Part shown: positions 9,272 through 17,770 of the stretch, piece after piece
Layout of the letters: each line of letters opens with the position of its first letter
How positions within the stretch are numbered: the stretch's first letter is position 1
Assembly: GCA_039179045.1 (NCBI GenBank)
Contig: JBCDEZ010000021.1
Location: 1-24,545, forward strand
DNA length: 24,545 bases
Direction: 5' to 3'
Source of the DNA: Chlamydiota bacterium
GTDB lineage: Bacteria; Chlamydiota; Chlamydiia; Chlamydiales; SM23-39
Position numbers and translations under genes: made by a program
Notes under the pieces: generated by a model
The model's database searches: none
What the model saw: only the letters and a program-made list of their open reading frames with translations
Told to the model about the DNA's origin: nothing

Positions 9272-10464
9272 CCCCACCCACCTCAAGGTTTTGGGGCGCT
9301 CTTTGCTTTGTCATTGGAACAGCTGTGGGAGCCGGCATGCTTGCAATGCCCACAACCAATGCGTTTTCCGGGTTTTTCTGCGCGTTTTTCCTTCTTCTTT
9401 TCTCCTGGCTTTTCATGTTGGCTACGGCGCGCCTCTTAGCCGATGCCACCTTACATGTGGGGGAAAAAGCGCACCTTTTCTCCATTACCGAAACGCTTTT
9501 AGGCAAGACCGCCAAATCGATTTGCTCTTGTGTCTACCTGCTCTTGCTCTACTCCCTAACCTCAGCATATATCTCAGGAGCAAGCTCTGTGATTGGAGGC
9601 GTTTTTTCCCACTATTTTTCCCTCCAAATCGACGAGACGAGGATCGCTATCCTCTTTTCGATGGCACTGCTTTCTCTCCTTTCTTGGGGCATGGAGATGG
9701 TTGACCAGATCAACCGTTTTTTGCTAGGACTTCTCCTCATTTCTTATGCACTCCTTTTGTTTGCTCTTCCTCCTCACATAGAGCCGCACCTCCTTTGGCA
9801 CTATGAACCGCGAGCACTTTTTCAAGGTGTGCCTGTCATGATCACCTCTTTTGGTTTCCATATCATCATTCCTAGCTTGGCTACTTATTTGAAGCACGAC
9901 AGAAAAGCGCTCTACCGAGCCATTTTCTGGGGAAGTTTTTTTGTAGCCCTGCTCTACCTCTTCTGGGAGCTCCTTACGTTAGGAACCCTACCTCTTCAGG
10001 GGGAAAAAAGTTTCACCACAGCTCTGGAAAAGGGGGGATCTGTGACCCAAACTTTGGTTGCTCTCGTTCAAAGTCCTTCCATCACCTTGGGCGCCCTTTT
10101 TTTCTCTTTTTTCGCGATTCTTACCTCTTGCTTGGGCGTATTTTTAAGTCTTGTAGATTTTTTCCAAGATGCTTGGAGAGATAAAAGGAGAAGTCGCTCG
10201 CTGCTTTCTGCTTTTTTGCCCCCTACGCTCTTTGTGTTGCTCTACCCTCAAAGCTTCCTATTCGCTCTCGACTACGCCGCGATCTTTGTGGCGATCTTGC
10301 TCGGCATCTATCCCGTTTTATTTGCTTGGAATCTTCCATATCCCTCTTTTTATCATACTTTTTTTGGTAGAGTATATTTACTTGTACTTTTTCTAATTTC
10401 ATGTAGTATCATTGTAATTAGTCTCTTTCAACAAGACTGGATCTTTTCACAACCTAGTTCATAA
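9268..10464 (+). CDS. tyrP: Aromatic amino-acid (Tyr/Trp) permease, HAAAP family, copy 2
   Basis: Motifs VIGTAVGAGMLAMP, SFGFHIIIPSL and FAILTSCLGV. Start set at ATG 9268 (ATGA overlap with copy 1) rather than the ORF-track start at 9091. Confidence 0.88.
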   Translation: MTPPTSRFWGALCFVIGTAVGAGMLAMPTTNAFSGFFCAFFLLLFSWLFMLATARLLADATLHVGEKAHLFSITETLLGKTAKSICSCVYLLLLYSLTSAYISGASSVIGGVFSHYFSLQIDETRIAILFSMALLSLLSWGMEMVDQINRFLLGLLLISYALLLFALPPHIEPHLLWHYEPRALFQGVPVMITSFGFHIIIPSLATYLKHDRKALYRAIFWGSFFVALLYLFWELLTLGTLPLQGEKSFTTALEKGGSVTQTLVALVQSPSITLGALFFSFFAILTSCLGVFLSLVDFFQDAWRDKRRSRSLLSAFLPPTLFVLLYPQSFLFALDYAAIFVAILLGIYPVLFAWNLPYPSFYHTFFGRVYLLVLFLISCSIIVISLFQQDWIFSQPSS

Positions 10465-10466
10465 AT

Positions 10467-12449
10467 ATGTTCCACCTGCATGCAAAATTTGCCCCCTCTG
10501 GGGACCAACCCCGATCGATTGCTAAGTTAGTTGCAGGAGTCAAAGCGGGGAAAAATGCGCAAGTACTTCTGGGGATCACAGGATCGGGCAAGACGTTTGC
10601 CATGGCCAATGTGATTGCACAAACGCAAAGACCTGCTCTCATCTTAGCGCACAACAAAACTTTGGCAGCGCAGCTCTACCAGGAGTTTTCTGGGTTTTTT
10701 CCCGAAAATGCCGTCGAGTACTTCGTCTCATATTACGATTACTACCAGCCGGAGGCGTACATCGCACGCACCGACACCTATATCGAAAAGGACCTTGCAA
10801 TCAACGAACAAGTAGAAAAGATGCGCCTGTCCGCGACGCGCTCTTTGATGGAGCGAGACGATGTGATCATCATCGCCTCGATCTCCTGCATCTACGGATT
10901 GGGCTCTCCCGAGTACTATGCAAAAATGCTGCTTTCTCTCGAAGTGGGAAAAAGCGTTCCACGAGATGACGTTCTCTTGCGCCTCATCGAAATGCACTAC
11001 AAAAGAAACGACTATGATCTAGTCCGAGGCGCATTTCGCGTGCGAGGCGACATCGTCGATATCGTCCCCGCCTACGAAGATGCCCTCGCCTACCGGATCC
11101 TATTTTTTGGTGATGAGATCGAAAAGATTCAGGAGATCGATCCTCTGACAGGAAAAGCGCGCGCGTCTTTTGAGCAGATCCGGATCTACCCAGCCTCCCA
11201 CTACGTGACTCCCGAAGATGTGCGCCACACAGCTCTCAGTACCATTCAACAGGAGCTGCAGGGAAGAGTTGCCTGGTTCGAAGAGCAAAACCGCCTCCTC
11301 GAAAAGGCACGGATTGCGGAGAGAACCAAGTACGATCTAGAAATGATCAAAGAGATCGGCTTTTGCAAGGGGATCGAAAATTACTCACGCCACTTTAGCC
11401 AAAGACAAGCAGGGGATCCTCCCCCCTGCCTTCTCGATTATTTCCCCGAAAACTTCCTATTTTTCATCGACGAGTCACATCAAACGCTTCCCCAGATGCA
11501 TGCGATGTACAATGGAGACCGCTCAAGAAAAACCTCCCTCATTGACTTCGGCTTCCGCCTCCCTTCCGCTCTCGACAATCGCCCTCTCAAATTCGAGGAG
11601 GCCTATGAACACTTTCATACTGTAATCTACGTCTCGGCCACTCCTAGCGCCTTTGAGATCCGAGAGGCAGAAGGGGAGATTGTCGAGCAGATCATCCGCC
11701 CTACAGGCCTTCTCGACCCTCTCATCGAAGTGCGTAGTGCCTCTTCACAGGTCGATGATGCACTCGAAGAGATCCGCAAGGAAACCGAAAAAGGGCACCG
11801 CGTCTTAGTCACGACCCTCACGAAAAAGCTCGCGGAGGATTTGAGCAAATACCTCCTAGAAATTGGCGTGAAGGCGAAATACATCCACTCTGACATCGAC
11901 ACCTTAGAGCGGATTCACATCATCAAAGCTCTCCGTTTAGGGGAGTTCGATGTCCTTGTCGGCATCAATCTTCTACGGGAAGGGCTCGATATCCCCGAAG
12001 TCTCTTTAGTCATGATCCTTGATGCGGACAAAGAGGGTTTTTTGCGGAGTGAAACAGCGCTCATCCAAACCTGTGGAAGAGCTGCAAGAAATGCCGAGGG
12101 TAGAGTCATTATGTACGGAGATCGGAGAACAAAAGCGATGGAAAGCGCCATTGCCATCACAAGTGAGAGAAGACAAAAACAAGAGGCCTACAATATAGAG
12201 CATGGGATCACCCCGAAAACCGTTGCAAAAGAAATGGCAGAGTCACTAGAGGAGACCTTTGGAATTGCTCCTGAAGAAGGTGTAGAGAAAAACACTCCCC
12301 CCGAAGTAGCTAGCCATGCAGAACTCGAGCAGAAAATCGAGGAGTGCAAAAAGGAAATGGAACAAGCCGCAAAAGAGCTCCGCTTTGAAGATGCTGCGAA
12401 AATGCGCGATCTTCTCCAACACTACCAGAGTTTAGAAGTGCTCTCATGA
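10467..12449 (+). CDS. uvrB: Excinuclease ABC subunit B
   Basis: Motifs GDQP, GITGSGKT, HNKTLAAQLY, YFVSYYDYYQPEAY, DESH, LLREGLDIPEV, QTCGRAARN, and a C-terminal UVR domain (AKELRFEDAAKMRD). Confidence 0.98.
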   Translation: MFHLHAKFAPSGDQPRSIAKLVAGVKAGKNAQVLLGITGSGKTFAMANVIAQTQRPALILAHNKTLAAQLYQEFSGFFPENAVEYFVSYYDYYQPEAYIARTDTYIEKDLAINEQVEKMRLSATRSLMERDDVIIIASISCIYGLGSPEYYAKMLLSLEVGKSVPRDDVLLRLIEMHYKRNDYDLVRGAFRVRGDIVDIVPAYEDALAYRILFFGDEIEKIQEIDPLTGKARASFEQIRIYPASHYVTPEDVRHTALSTIQQELQGRVAWFEEQNRLLEKARIAERTKYDLEMIKEIGFCKGIENYSRHFSQRQAGDPPPCLLDYFPENFLFFIDESHQTLPQMHAMYNGDRSRKTSLIDFGFRLPSALDNRPLKFEEAYEHFHTVIYVSATPSAFEIREAEGEIVEQIIRPTGLLDPLIEVRSASSQVDDALEEIRKETEKGHRVLVTTLTKKLAEDLSKYLLEIGVKAKYIHSDIDTLERIHIIKALRLGEFDVLVGINLLREGLDIPEVSLVMILDADKEGFLRSETALIQTCGRAARNAEGRVIMYGDRRTKAMESAIAITSERRQKQEAYNIEHGITPKTVAKEMAESLEETFGIAPEEGVEKNTPPEVASHAELEQKIEECKKEMEQAAKELRFEDAAKMRDLLQHYQSLEVLS

Positions 12450-12453
12450 CGCG

Positions 12454-14268
12454 GTGGATCGGGTAAAGATGCAAAGCAGCTACAGGGCGCTTTGGCGCCT
12501 CTTCCTTCGGAAAAGATACAGTTTTTCCTATTTCACGCTCGTCTTTTGTAGTCTCTTTGCCTCCCTCTTTGAGGGGCTCAGTTTTTATGCCCTCTACCGA
12601 GCTCTCTCCTCTTTAGACGGGACCGTTTGGGCTCCCTCTCTGTTTTCTTTTCTGCCTGCTTCCTCCCCGTCGGGAGTGTTTTTTCTCCTAGCAGCTTTTA
12701 GCCAAGTGGCGCGCTCTTGTCTGCTCTGTTTCTCTGCGAGTTTCGCAGCGCGCCTGGCCAGCCACCTACAAAAAGACCTACAAGTCTCTTGCCTGGAGGA
12801 TACTTTTTCCCTCTCGTTTGCAGAAGTCTCCAGAAAAAGAAGTGCGCTCGAAGAGCTTTTTTCTGCAGCGAGCAACTCTTTTGGGCAAGTCTGCTTGCAC
12901 ATCCATAACCTACTGAACGGGATGATTTTTGGCCTCACTCTTTTCACATTCATGTGCATGACCTCCTGCACCTTGACTGCCTATACCTGCATAGGCTTTC
13001 TCCTAGCAGGCGCCCTTTATCACCTCATCGGGAAAAAAGCGAGGAGAGCTGCCTCTTCGGCTAACAAATGCAACACGCAGCTCCAAAAAGAGGTACAAGA
13101 TGCGTTGCGCGGCATGCGCGAGATCCATAGCCACCACCTCTTTGCGCTTTTCCAAAAGCGGCTCAAAGAGCGCATCTTAGCGGGTAGATCTTCTCGCAAA
13201 GCATGGAATTATTGGAGCGCTATCTTGCAGCATTCGATCGAGATGATCGCGATGGCGCATGTGGGACTTCTTCTCTTGGTCGCTATCACAACCTCTTCTC
13301 TGGATATGGCTTTGATTAGCGCTTTTCTCGGACTTGCGTACCGGTTCGCTCAAAGGCTGCCAACCATAGCCCAATCCCTCTCATTTTTGCTCGCGCAAAT
13401 GAGCAATCTTTCTGCCTTTGGAGAGTGTTTCGAGCGCTCCTTGCAGCGCTCCTTGCAGCCTCTACTTGCAGCCTATCCAGGGACAATTGTCATCAAACAT
13501 CTCTCTTTTGCTTACGAGGGGAGCGAGTTTGCTTTGAAAAATATCTCCCTTACCATCCCCCAAAACAAAACGGTCGGGATCATAGGCCCGAGCGGATCGG
13601 GCAAATCCTCGCTTTTCGATCTTCTTCTCAGAATGCGCTCTCCCACCAAAGGAGGGATCTTCTTGGGAGAACGGGAATGCGTAGAGTATGATCTCGCCTC
13701 TTGGAGGCGCCTTTTCAGCATCGTTCCCCAACAGCCCTTTTTATTCCGAGGCACTCTTCTAGACAATCTCCTTTTGGATGCCCGTACAGTGGAAAAAACG
13801 TTTTTAGAACAAGTGTGCCAGCAGGTAGGGCTGTTGCCTCTTGTAGAGCGCTTGCCTCAAGGGCTAAATACGGAGCTTGGAGAAGGAAATAGGGGATTGT
13901 CTGGAGGAGAGAAGCAGCGCATTGCTATCGCAAGAGCTCTCCTTCGAAGAGCTCGAATTTTGCTACTCGATGAGGCAACCTCCCATCTCGATATCGCAGC
14001 ACAAACGGCCGTGCAAGAGTGTCTTCTCACCTTGCAAGGAACCATCACGATTGTGATCATTGCTCATAAAACCTGCCTGCTCAAACAGGCAGATGAAATC
14101 TATGTCTGGAAACGAGGTGCCCTTGCTGAAAAGGGGACGCACACGACACTTTTGCAAGCGGAGGGACACTATTACCACCTTTTTCAAAAAGAGCGATCAA
14201 ATCTTCTTCGAGAAAAGCGCTCTTTAGAAGGGAAGCGCAGGAGGCCCCTCTTCTCGAAGAAGAGCTAA
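12454..14268 (+). CDS. ABC exporter, fused TMD-NBD (MsbA/ABCB-like)
   Basis: Hydrophobic N-terminal half, Walker A GPSGSGKS, Q-loop VPQ, signature LSGGEKQR, Walker B LLLDEATS and H-loop IAH. The start may instead be ATG 12469. Confidence 0.9.
   Translation: MDRVKMQSSYRALWRLFLRKRYSFSYFTLVFCSLFASLFEGLSFYALYRALSSLDGTVWAPSLFSFLPASSPSGVFFLLAAFSQVARSCLLCFSASFAARLASHLQKDLQVSCLEDTFSLSFAEVSRKRSALEELFSAASNSFGQVCLHIHNLLNGMIFGLTLFTFMCMTSCTLTAYTCIGFLLAGALYHLIGKKARRAASSANKCNTQLQKEVQDALRGMREIHSHHLFALFQKRLKERILAGRSSRKAWNYWSAILQHSIEMIAMAHVGLLLLVAITTSSLDMALISAFLGLAYRFAQRLPTIAQSLSFLLAQMSNLSAFGECFERSLQRSLQPLLAAYPGTIVIKHLSFAYEGSEFALKNISLTIPQNKTVGIIGPSGSGKSSLFDLLLRMRSPTKGGIFLGERECVEYDLASWRRLFSIVPQQPFLFRGTLLDNLLLDARTVEKTFLEQVCQQVGLLPLVERLPQGLNTELGEGNRGLSGGEKQRIAIARALLRRARILLLDEATSHLDIAAQTAVQECLLTLQGTITIVIIAHKTCLLKQADEIYVWKRGALAEKGTHTTLLQAEGHYYHLFQKERSNLLREKRSLEGKRRRPLFSKKS
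13433..13459 (+). repeat. 12-bp in-frame tandem duplication (RSLQ-RSLQ)
   Basis: AGCGCTCCTTGC x2 followed by AGC, in the TMD-NBD linker of the ABC exporter. Confidence 0.7.
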
Positions 14269-15231
14269 AATTTTTCTGGGATCTTTCTCCTTCATGATGA
14301 CCTCTTTTAAGCGAGGATGGGGAGGGAGTTGTTTCAAGAACCAGCTCCCCACTCTTCGCATGTCAAGACACGCTTTCTTATCGGGTTGGTAGCGAAAGAT
14401 TTCTTCGAAATGAGCGAGCCACCACTGCCGAACCTCTTCGGGGGAGATCTCTTTTTTCTTCCTTCTCTGGAAGTAGGCTACGAGCTCCTCTGCAATCCAA
14501 GGGCGGCCCATGGTGCCGCGCGCAATGAGAATGCCATCTGCGTTGGTCTCCTCCCACATCTTCTCTGCACTCAGAGGATCGAAGATATCGCCATTCGCAA
14601 ACACGTAGATCGTTTTCGCCTTTTTTTTTGCCTCTCTAATCGGAGAAAAAGCGGCTTTTCCCTTATATCCCTGCTCCCTTGTTCTCCCATGAATGGTGAT
14701 CAAAGAGGCGCCCGCCTGCTCTGCAATCGTCGTGATGAGAGGCGCATTGATCGAATCATCATCCCATCCCGATCGGATCTTCACACTGATGGGCAAATCA
14801 GTTGCACGTACCATCTTTTGCAAGATCTCCCCAATTTTTTCTGGCTTTTGCAAAAGGGCCGATCCGCTACCATCTTTCGTGATCTTATCTACAGGACACC
14901 CACAATTGAGGTCGATCCAGTCGAATCCTAGGTCTTCGATCCGGCGGGCAGCCTCGCAGATGTAGTCGGGATTGGAACCGCAGATTTGCGCTCCGATTGG
15001 ATGCATGGAATGATCATAATCCAACAGGCGGTAGGTCGTCGGCTCATCGCGTATGAGCGCATCGGCTTTGACCATTTCACAGAAAAACAATCCTGGCCGC
15101 GTGTGGGATAAACGAGGATCGACGATTACCTTCCGAAACGGGTAATCGGAACAACCGGCTAAAGGAGCATAAAAAATATTGTTTGCAAATGCCTTCCCCC
15201 GCACAACGAAAGGGGCAATCAGACGTTTCAT
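14224..15231 (-). CDS. dusB: tRNA-dihydrouridine synthase (DusB-like)
   Basis: Motifs APLAGCSD, QICGS, IDLNCGCP, VKIRSGWD, IHGRT, ANGDI and LIARG. Start set at ATG 15231 (ATGA overlap with the yggT stop). Confidence 0.93.
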   Translation of the reverse strand: MKRLIAPFVVRGKAFANNIFYAPLAGCSDYPFRKVIVDPRLSHTRPGLFFCEMVKADALIRDEPTTYRLLDYDHSMHPIGAQICGSNPDYICEAARRIEDLGFDWIDLNCGCPVDKITKDGSGSALLQKPEKIGEILQKMVRATDLPISVKIRSGWDDDSINAPLITTIAEQAGASLITIHGRTREQGYKGKAAFSPIREAKKKAKTIYVFANGDIFDPLSAEKMWEETNADGILIARGTMGRPWIAEELVAYFQRRKKKEISPEEVRQWWLAHFEEIFRYQPDKKACLDMRRVGSWFLKQLPPHPRLKEVIMKEKDPRKILALLREEGPPALPF

Positions 15232-15476
15232 AGGAAAAGAAACAACACAAAAGATTTGAGAAGGCCTAAAGCAAGGAAAGCTACGAGAGCGCTCAGATCG
15301 ATCATCCCAAGAGGGGGGATCAGCCTGCGGAAGAAGGCGAGGTAAGGCTCGGTATAATAGTAAACAAAGTGCATGAACTTGTAGTGTTGCACCTGAGGAA
15401 TCCAAGAACCGATCACCCGTACGATTAAGAGAAAGTAATAGGTGGAAAAAAGAAGATCAATAACTTCGAAAAACAT
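15228..15476 (-). CDS. yggT: YggT-family membrane protein
   Basis: 82 aa from ATG 15476. LIVRVIGSW...TEPYLAFFRRLIPPLGMIDLS matches the YggT signature. Confidence 0.92.
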   Translation of the reverse strand: MFFEVIDLLFSTYYFLLIVRVIGSWIPQVQHYKFMHFVYYYTEPYLAFFRRLIPPLGMIDLSALVAFLALGLLKSFVLFLFL

Positions 15477-15635
15477 AAATATGCAAAAGACTCTTTCAGA
15501 AATCTTATCAGAATAGAGCAAACCAAAAAAGAGAAAAATTCCCTGTTGCAAAAGCAGCATAGTAAAAAGATTGTTTGCTAGAAGAGACCTCTTGCGATTT
15601 ATCGTTACAGGAAATAGTAGCTCTCGATAAAATGG

Positions 15636-17150
15636 ATGGATGTGGGAGCTTCTATGATTGGCATGCACAAAGAGGGCAATACGGTATTTCTAGCAAAGAT
15701 GCGTAAGGAGCGGGGTCGCTATCTCATCGATCAGCTGTTTTCTACTTCAGAAGGCAATGCGCGGCGCTACGCGCTCGAGCATAGTTCCCCAAAAAGAGTC
15801 TGCGGCGTGAGCGCCGAAGATCTCCTCATCAAGGGCATCGACATCTCTATCCCTCGAAGAACTCCTTGGAAAAAAGTACTCGCCTACCAACTAGAATCGC
15901 TCCACTTTTTTCCACCCGAGCAAATGCTCTCCCTTTCCATTTTGCATGGCAAACCCGAAAGGTCGCTCCGCGCAACTTGCTTTACGACCACCAAGCAACA
16001 GATCCACTCCCTGATGGAAAAGTGGTCTGAAAAAAATCTCGATCCCCACCATATCTCCACGGTACCCAATGCTTTGATGCGCTATGCGAAAAGGTACCAC
16101 GAAGCTCCTGACCATTTCTGCCTTGTACACATCGACCTGCAAAGTTGCACCTGCGTGCAGGTAGCAGAGGGGCGCGTGCGACAAGCCTACTCTCTTTCTT
16201 CGGGGATCTCTTCCCTAGTGGAAGCGGCGAGAAAAAGTGGTTACCCCTCTTTCTCTTCTCTCGATCTTGGGAAAATGGAAGGGAAACTCGACCTCCTTGC
16301 GCGCAAACTACGCGCTTTTTATGAAGGGATACAAACCGCTTTTTCCTCATTCTCTCTTCCCGAGAAAGTCCCCCTCATTTTTACAGGCCAAATCGACCTT
16401 GCAAAAAACACCATCCAGCCGATCAAAAAGATCTTGGCTCCCTATGTAGAAAAAACCCTCCCGGAAAAGGAGGAAGTGCGCAGTGAAGAGCCAAAAAGTA
16501 AATATGCTATCAGCATCGGCCTGGTGTTAGACACTGTTGCCAAAGATGCCCTGTCCTTAGAGTTCCGGCAAGGAGAATTCTTAGCCGAGAGCTTCATCAA
16601 GCAATATTTTTGGAGCATGAGCCTCTGTCTTACCCTGTACCTCACCACTCTTTTAGGTGGCTATAGCTACAGCTCTTCCTATCTCAAAAAAGAAGAGGCT
16701 CTTTGCGACGCTTTTTTTCAAAAGGTGCATGCAAAAGACGAACAGGCGCTCAAACGCTCTCTTGCTGGAAAGAGCGCGCCTTTGAAGGCAGATTTGCAAA
16801 GTTGGGAGAGTCTGCTTGCAAAAGAGAGCAAAGCCTCTCCCTGGAACGCTCCTTGTCCTAAAGCTTCCTCTGCACTTTTCTGGATCCAAGGGATTTTGCA
16901 AGGAGTAGGAGCTGCGCTCTCCTCTTTTTCCTACACTGTAGAAAAACGTCCGACGCTTCAGTCTCCGAGGACGTCTTATGTAGTGCGTATCGAAGCGACT
17001 GTGCCTAACGCTTCGCGCTCCTTGCAAGAGCGCTTAGAAGCAGCTTTTTGGGAAAGTCCCGAGCTCGATCAAACCTACCCCCACTCTTGCAAAGAAGAAC
17101 AAGGAGCGCTTGTGCTTTCGTTCTACTACAAAAAAGGAGGCTCCCTATGA
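15636..17150 (+). CDS. Conserved chlamydial membrane protein (CT646-like); PilM/GspL-like cytoplasmic domain, one TM segment and a periplasmic domain
   Basis: 504 aa, divergent from yggT. Segments LAYQLESLHFFP, LDPHHIST, LVHIDLQSCTCV, LIFTG, YAISIGL and LEFRQGEF precede a single hydrophobic segment, which resembles the GspL/PilM-N layout. Confidence 0.6.
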   Translation: MDVGASMIGMHKEGNTVFLAKMRKERGRYLIDQLFSTSEGNARRYALEHSSPKRVCGVSAEDLLIKGIDISIPRRTPWKKVLAYQLESLHFFPPEQMLSLSILHGKPERSLRATCFTTTKQQIHSLMEKWSEKNLDPHHISTVPNALMRYAKRYHEAPDHFCLVHIDLQSCTCVQVAEGRVRQAYSLSSGISSLVEAARKSGYPSFSSLDLGKMEGKLDLLARKLRAFYEGIQTAFSSFSLPEKVPLIFTGQIDLAKNTIQPIKKILAPYVEKTLPEKEEVRSEEPKSKYAISIGLVLDTVAKDALSLEFRQGEFLAESFIKQYFWSMSLCLTLYLTTLLGGYSYSSSYLKKEEALCDAFFQKVHAKDEQALKRSLAGKSAPLKADLQSWESLLAKESKASPWNAPCPKASSALFWIQGILQGVGAALSSFSYTVEKRPTLQSPRTSYVVRIEATVPNASRSLQERLEAAFWESPELDQTYPHSCKEEQGALVLSFYYKKGGSL

Positions 17151-17770
17151 TTCTTCGCATGGGGCGGTTCTGGATGCGCCCCCTCCCCTTTTGGGTTACG
17201 GTGGGCGCAGCTTTTCTTCTTTTTTTCTACTGTTCCATGAGCCTCTACTTTTGCCATACCTCCCTAAAAGAAAAAATGGCCCGAGTACAAGCTGTAACAG
17301 AAAAGGCAGCTAAGAGCTTAGCCCTACGAAAACAAAACCAGGCTCATTATGCCGTGTACCAGGGTACAGACCCCCTCTTTTTAGAGAAGCATCTCGCCTC
17401 TTTTTCTTTTCTCTCTTCGGAAAGAGCGCTACTTGAAGAGGCTCTTTCCCCTACAATTTTTCCGCAAAACGCAGCAATCGCTGAAGCAAAGAGACTTTTT
17501 CGCAAGACGAACCTCTTCTACGAAAGGCGCCCCCTTGCAAAAGAAAAAGAAGCGCAAGAGATTCTTTTTGTGCAAAAAGAGCCGGTGTACGGAAGCTTTT
17601 CCGACATCACCCACCTTCTCTCCGTCGTGGAAGGAGCGAAATACTTTGCAAAGCGTCCTGAGATCTTGTTCACTCGATTACAAATCGACTGCCATGAGGG
17701 AGATTTTTTTCCCTATTTCACGATCCAGACGGAACTCTTGCAACGGGATTTTCCAGGAGATGCTCCATGA
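17147..17770 (+). CDS. Conserved chlamydial bitopic membrane protein (CT647-like)
   Basis: ATG 17147 with a strong AAGGAGG SD and ATGA overlap. N-terminal TM segment, helical stalk, then a domain with DITHLLSVVEG and RPEILFTRLQI. Confidence 0.7.
   Translation: MILRMGRFWMRPLPFWVTVGAAFLLFFYCSMSLYFCHTSLKEKMARVQAVTEKAAKSLALRKQNQAHYAVYQGTDPLFLEKHLASFSFLSSERALLEEALSPTIFPQNAAIAEAKRLFRKTNLFYERRPLAKEKEAQEILFVQKEPVYGSFSDITHLLSVVEGAKYFAKRPEILFTRLQIDCHEGDFFPYFTIQTELLQRDFPGDAP

Noticed and set aside
14317..14931. 204-aa + strand ORF, and similar shadows such as 18163-18789(-) and 20726-21379(+)
   Set aside because: Each lies entirely within a well-supported gene, antisense or out of frame, with no recognisable motifs.
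15232..15668. Longer ORF-track starts for dusB (15405) and yggT (15668)
   Set aside because: The extensions overlap neighbouring genes and look like shadow sequence. Family motifs start at 15231 and 15476.
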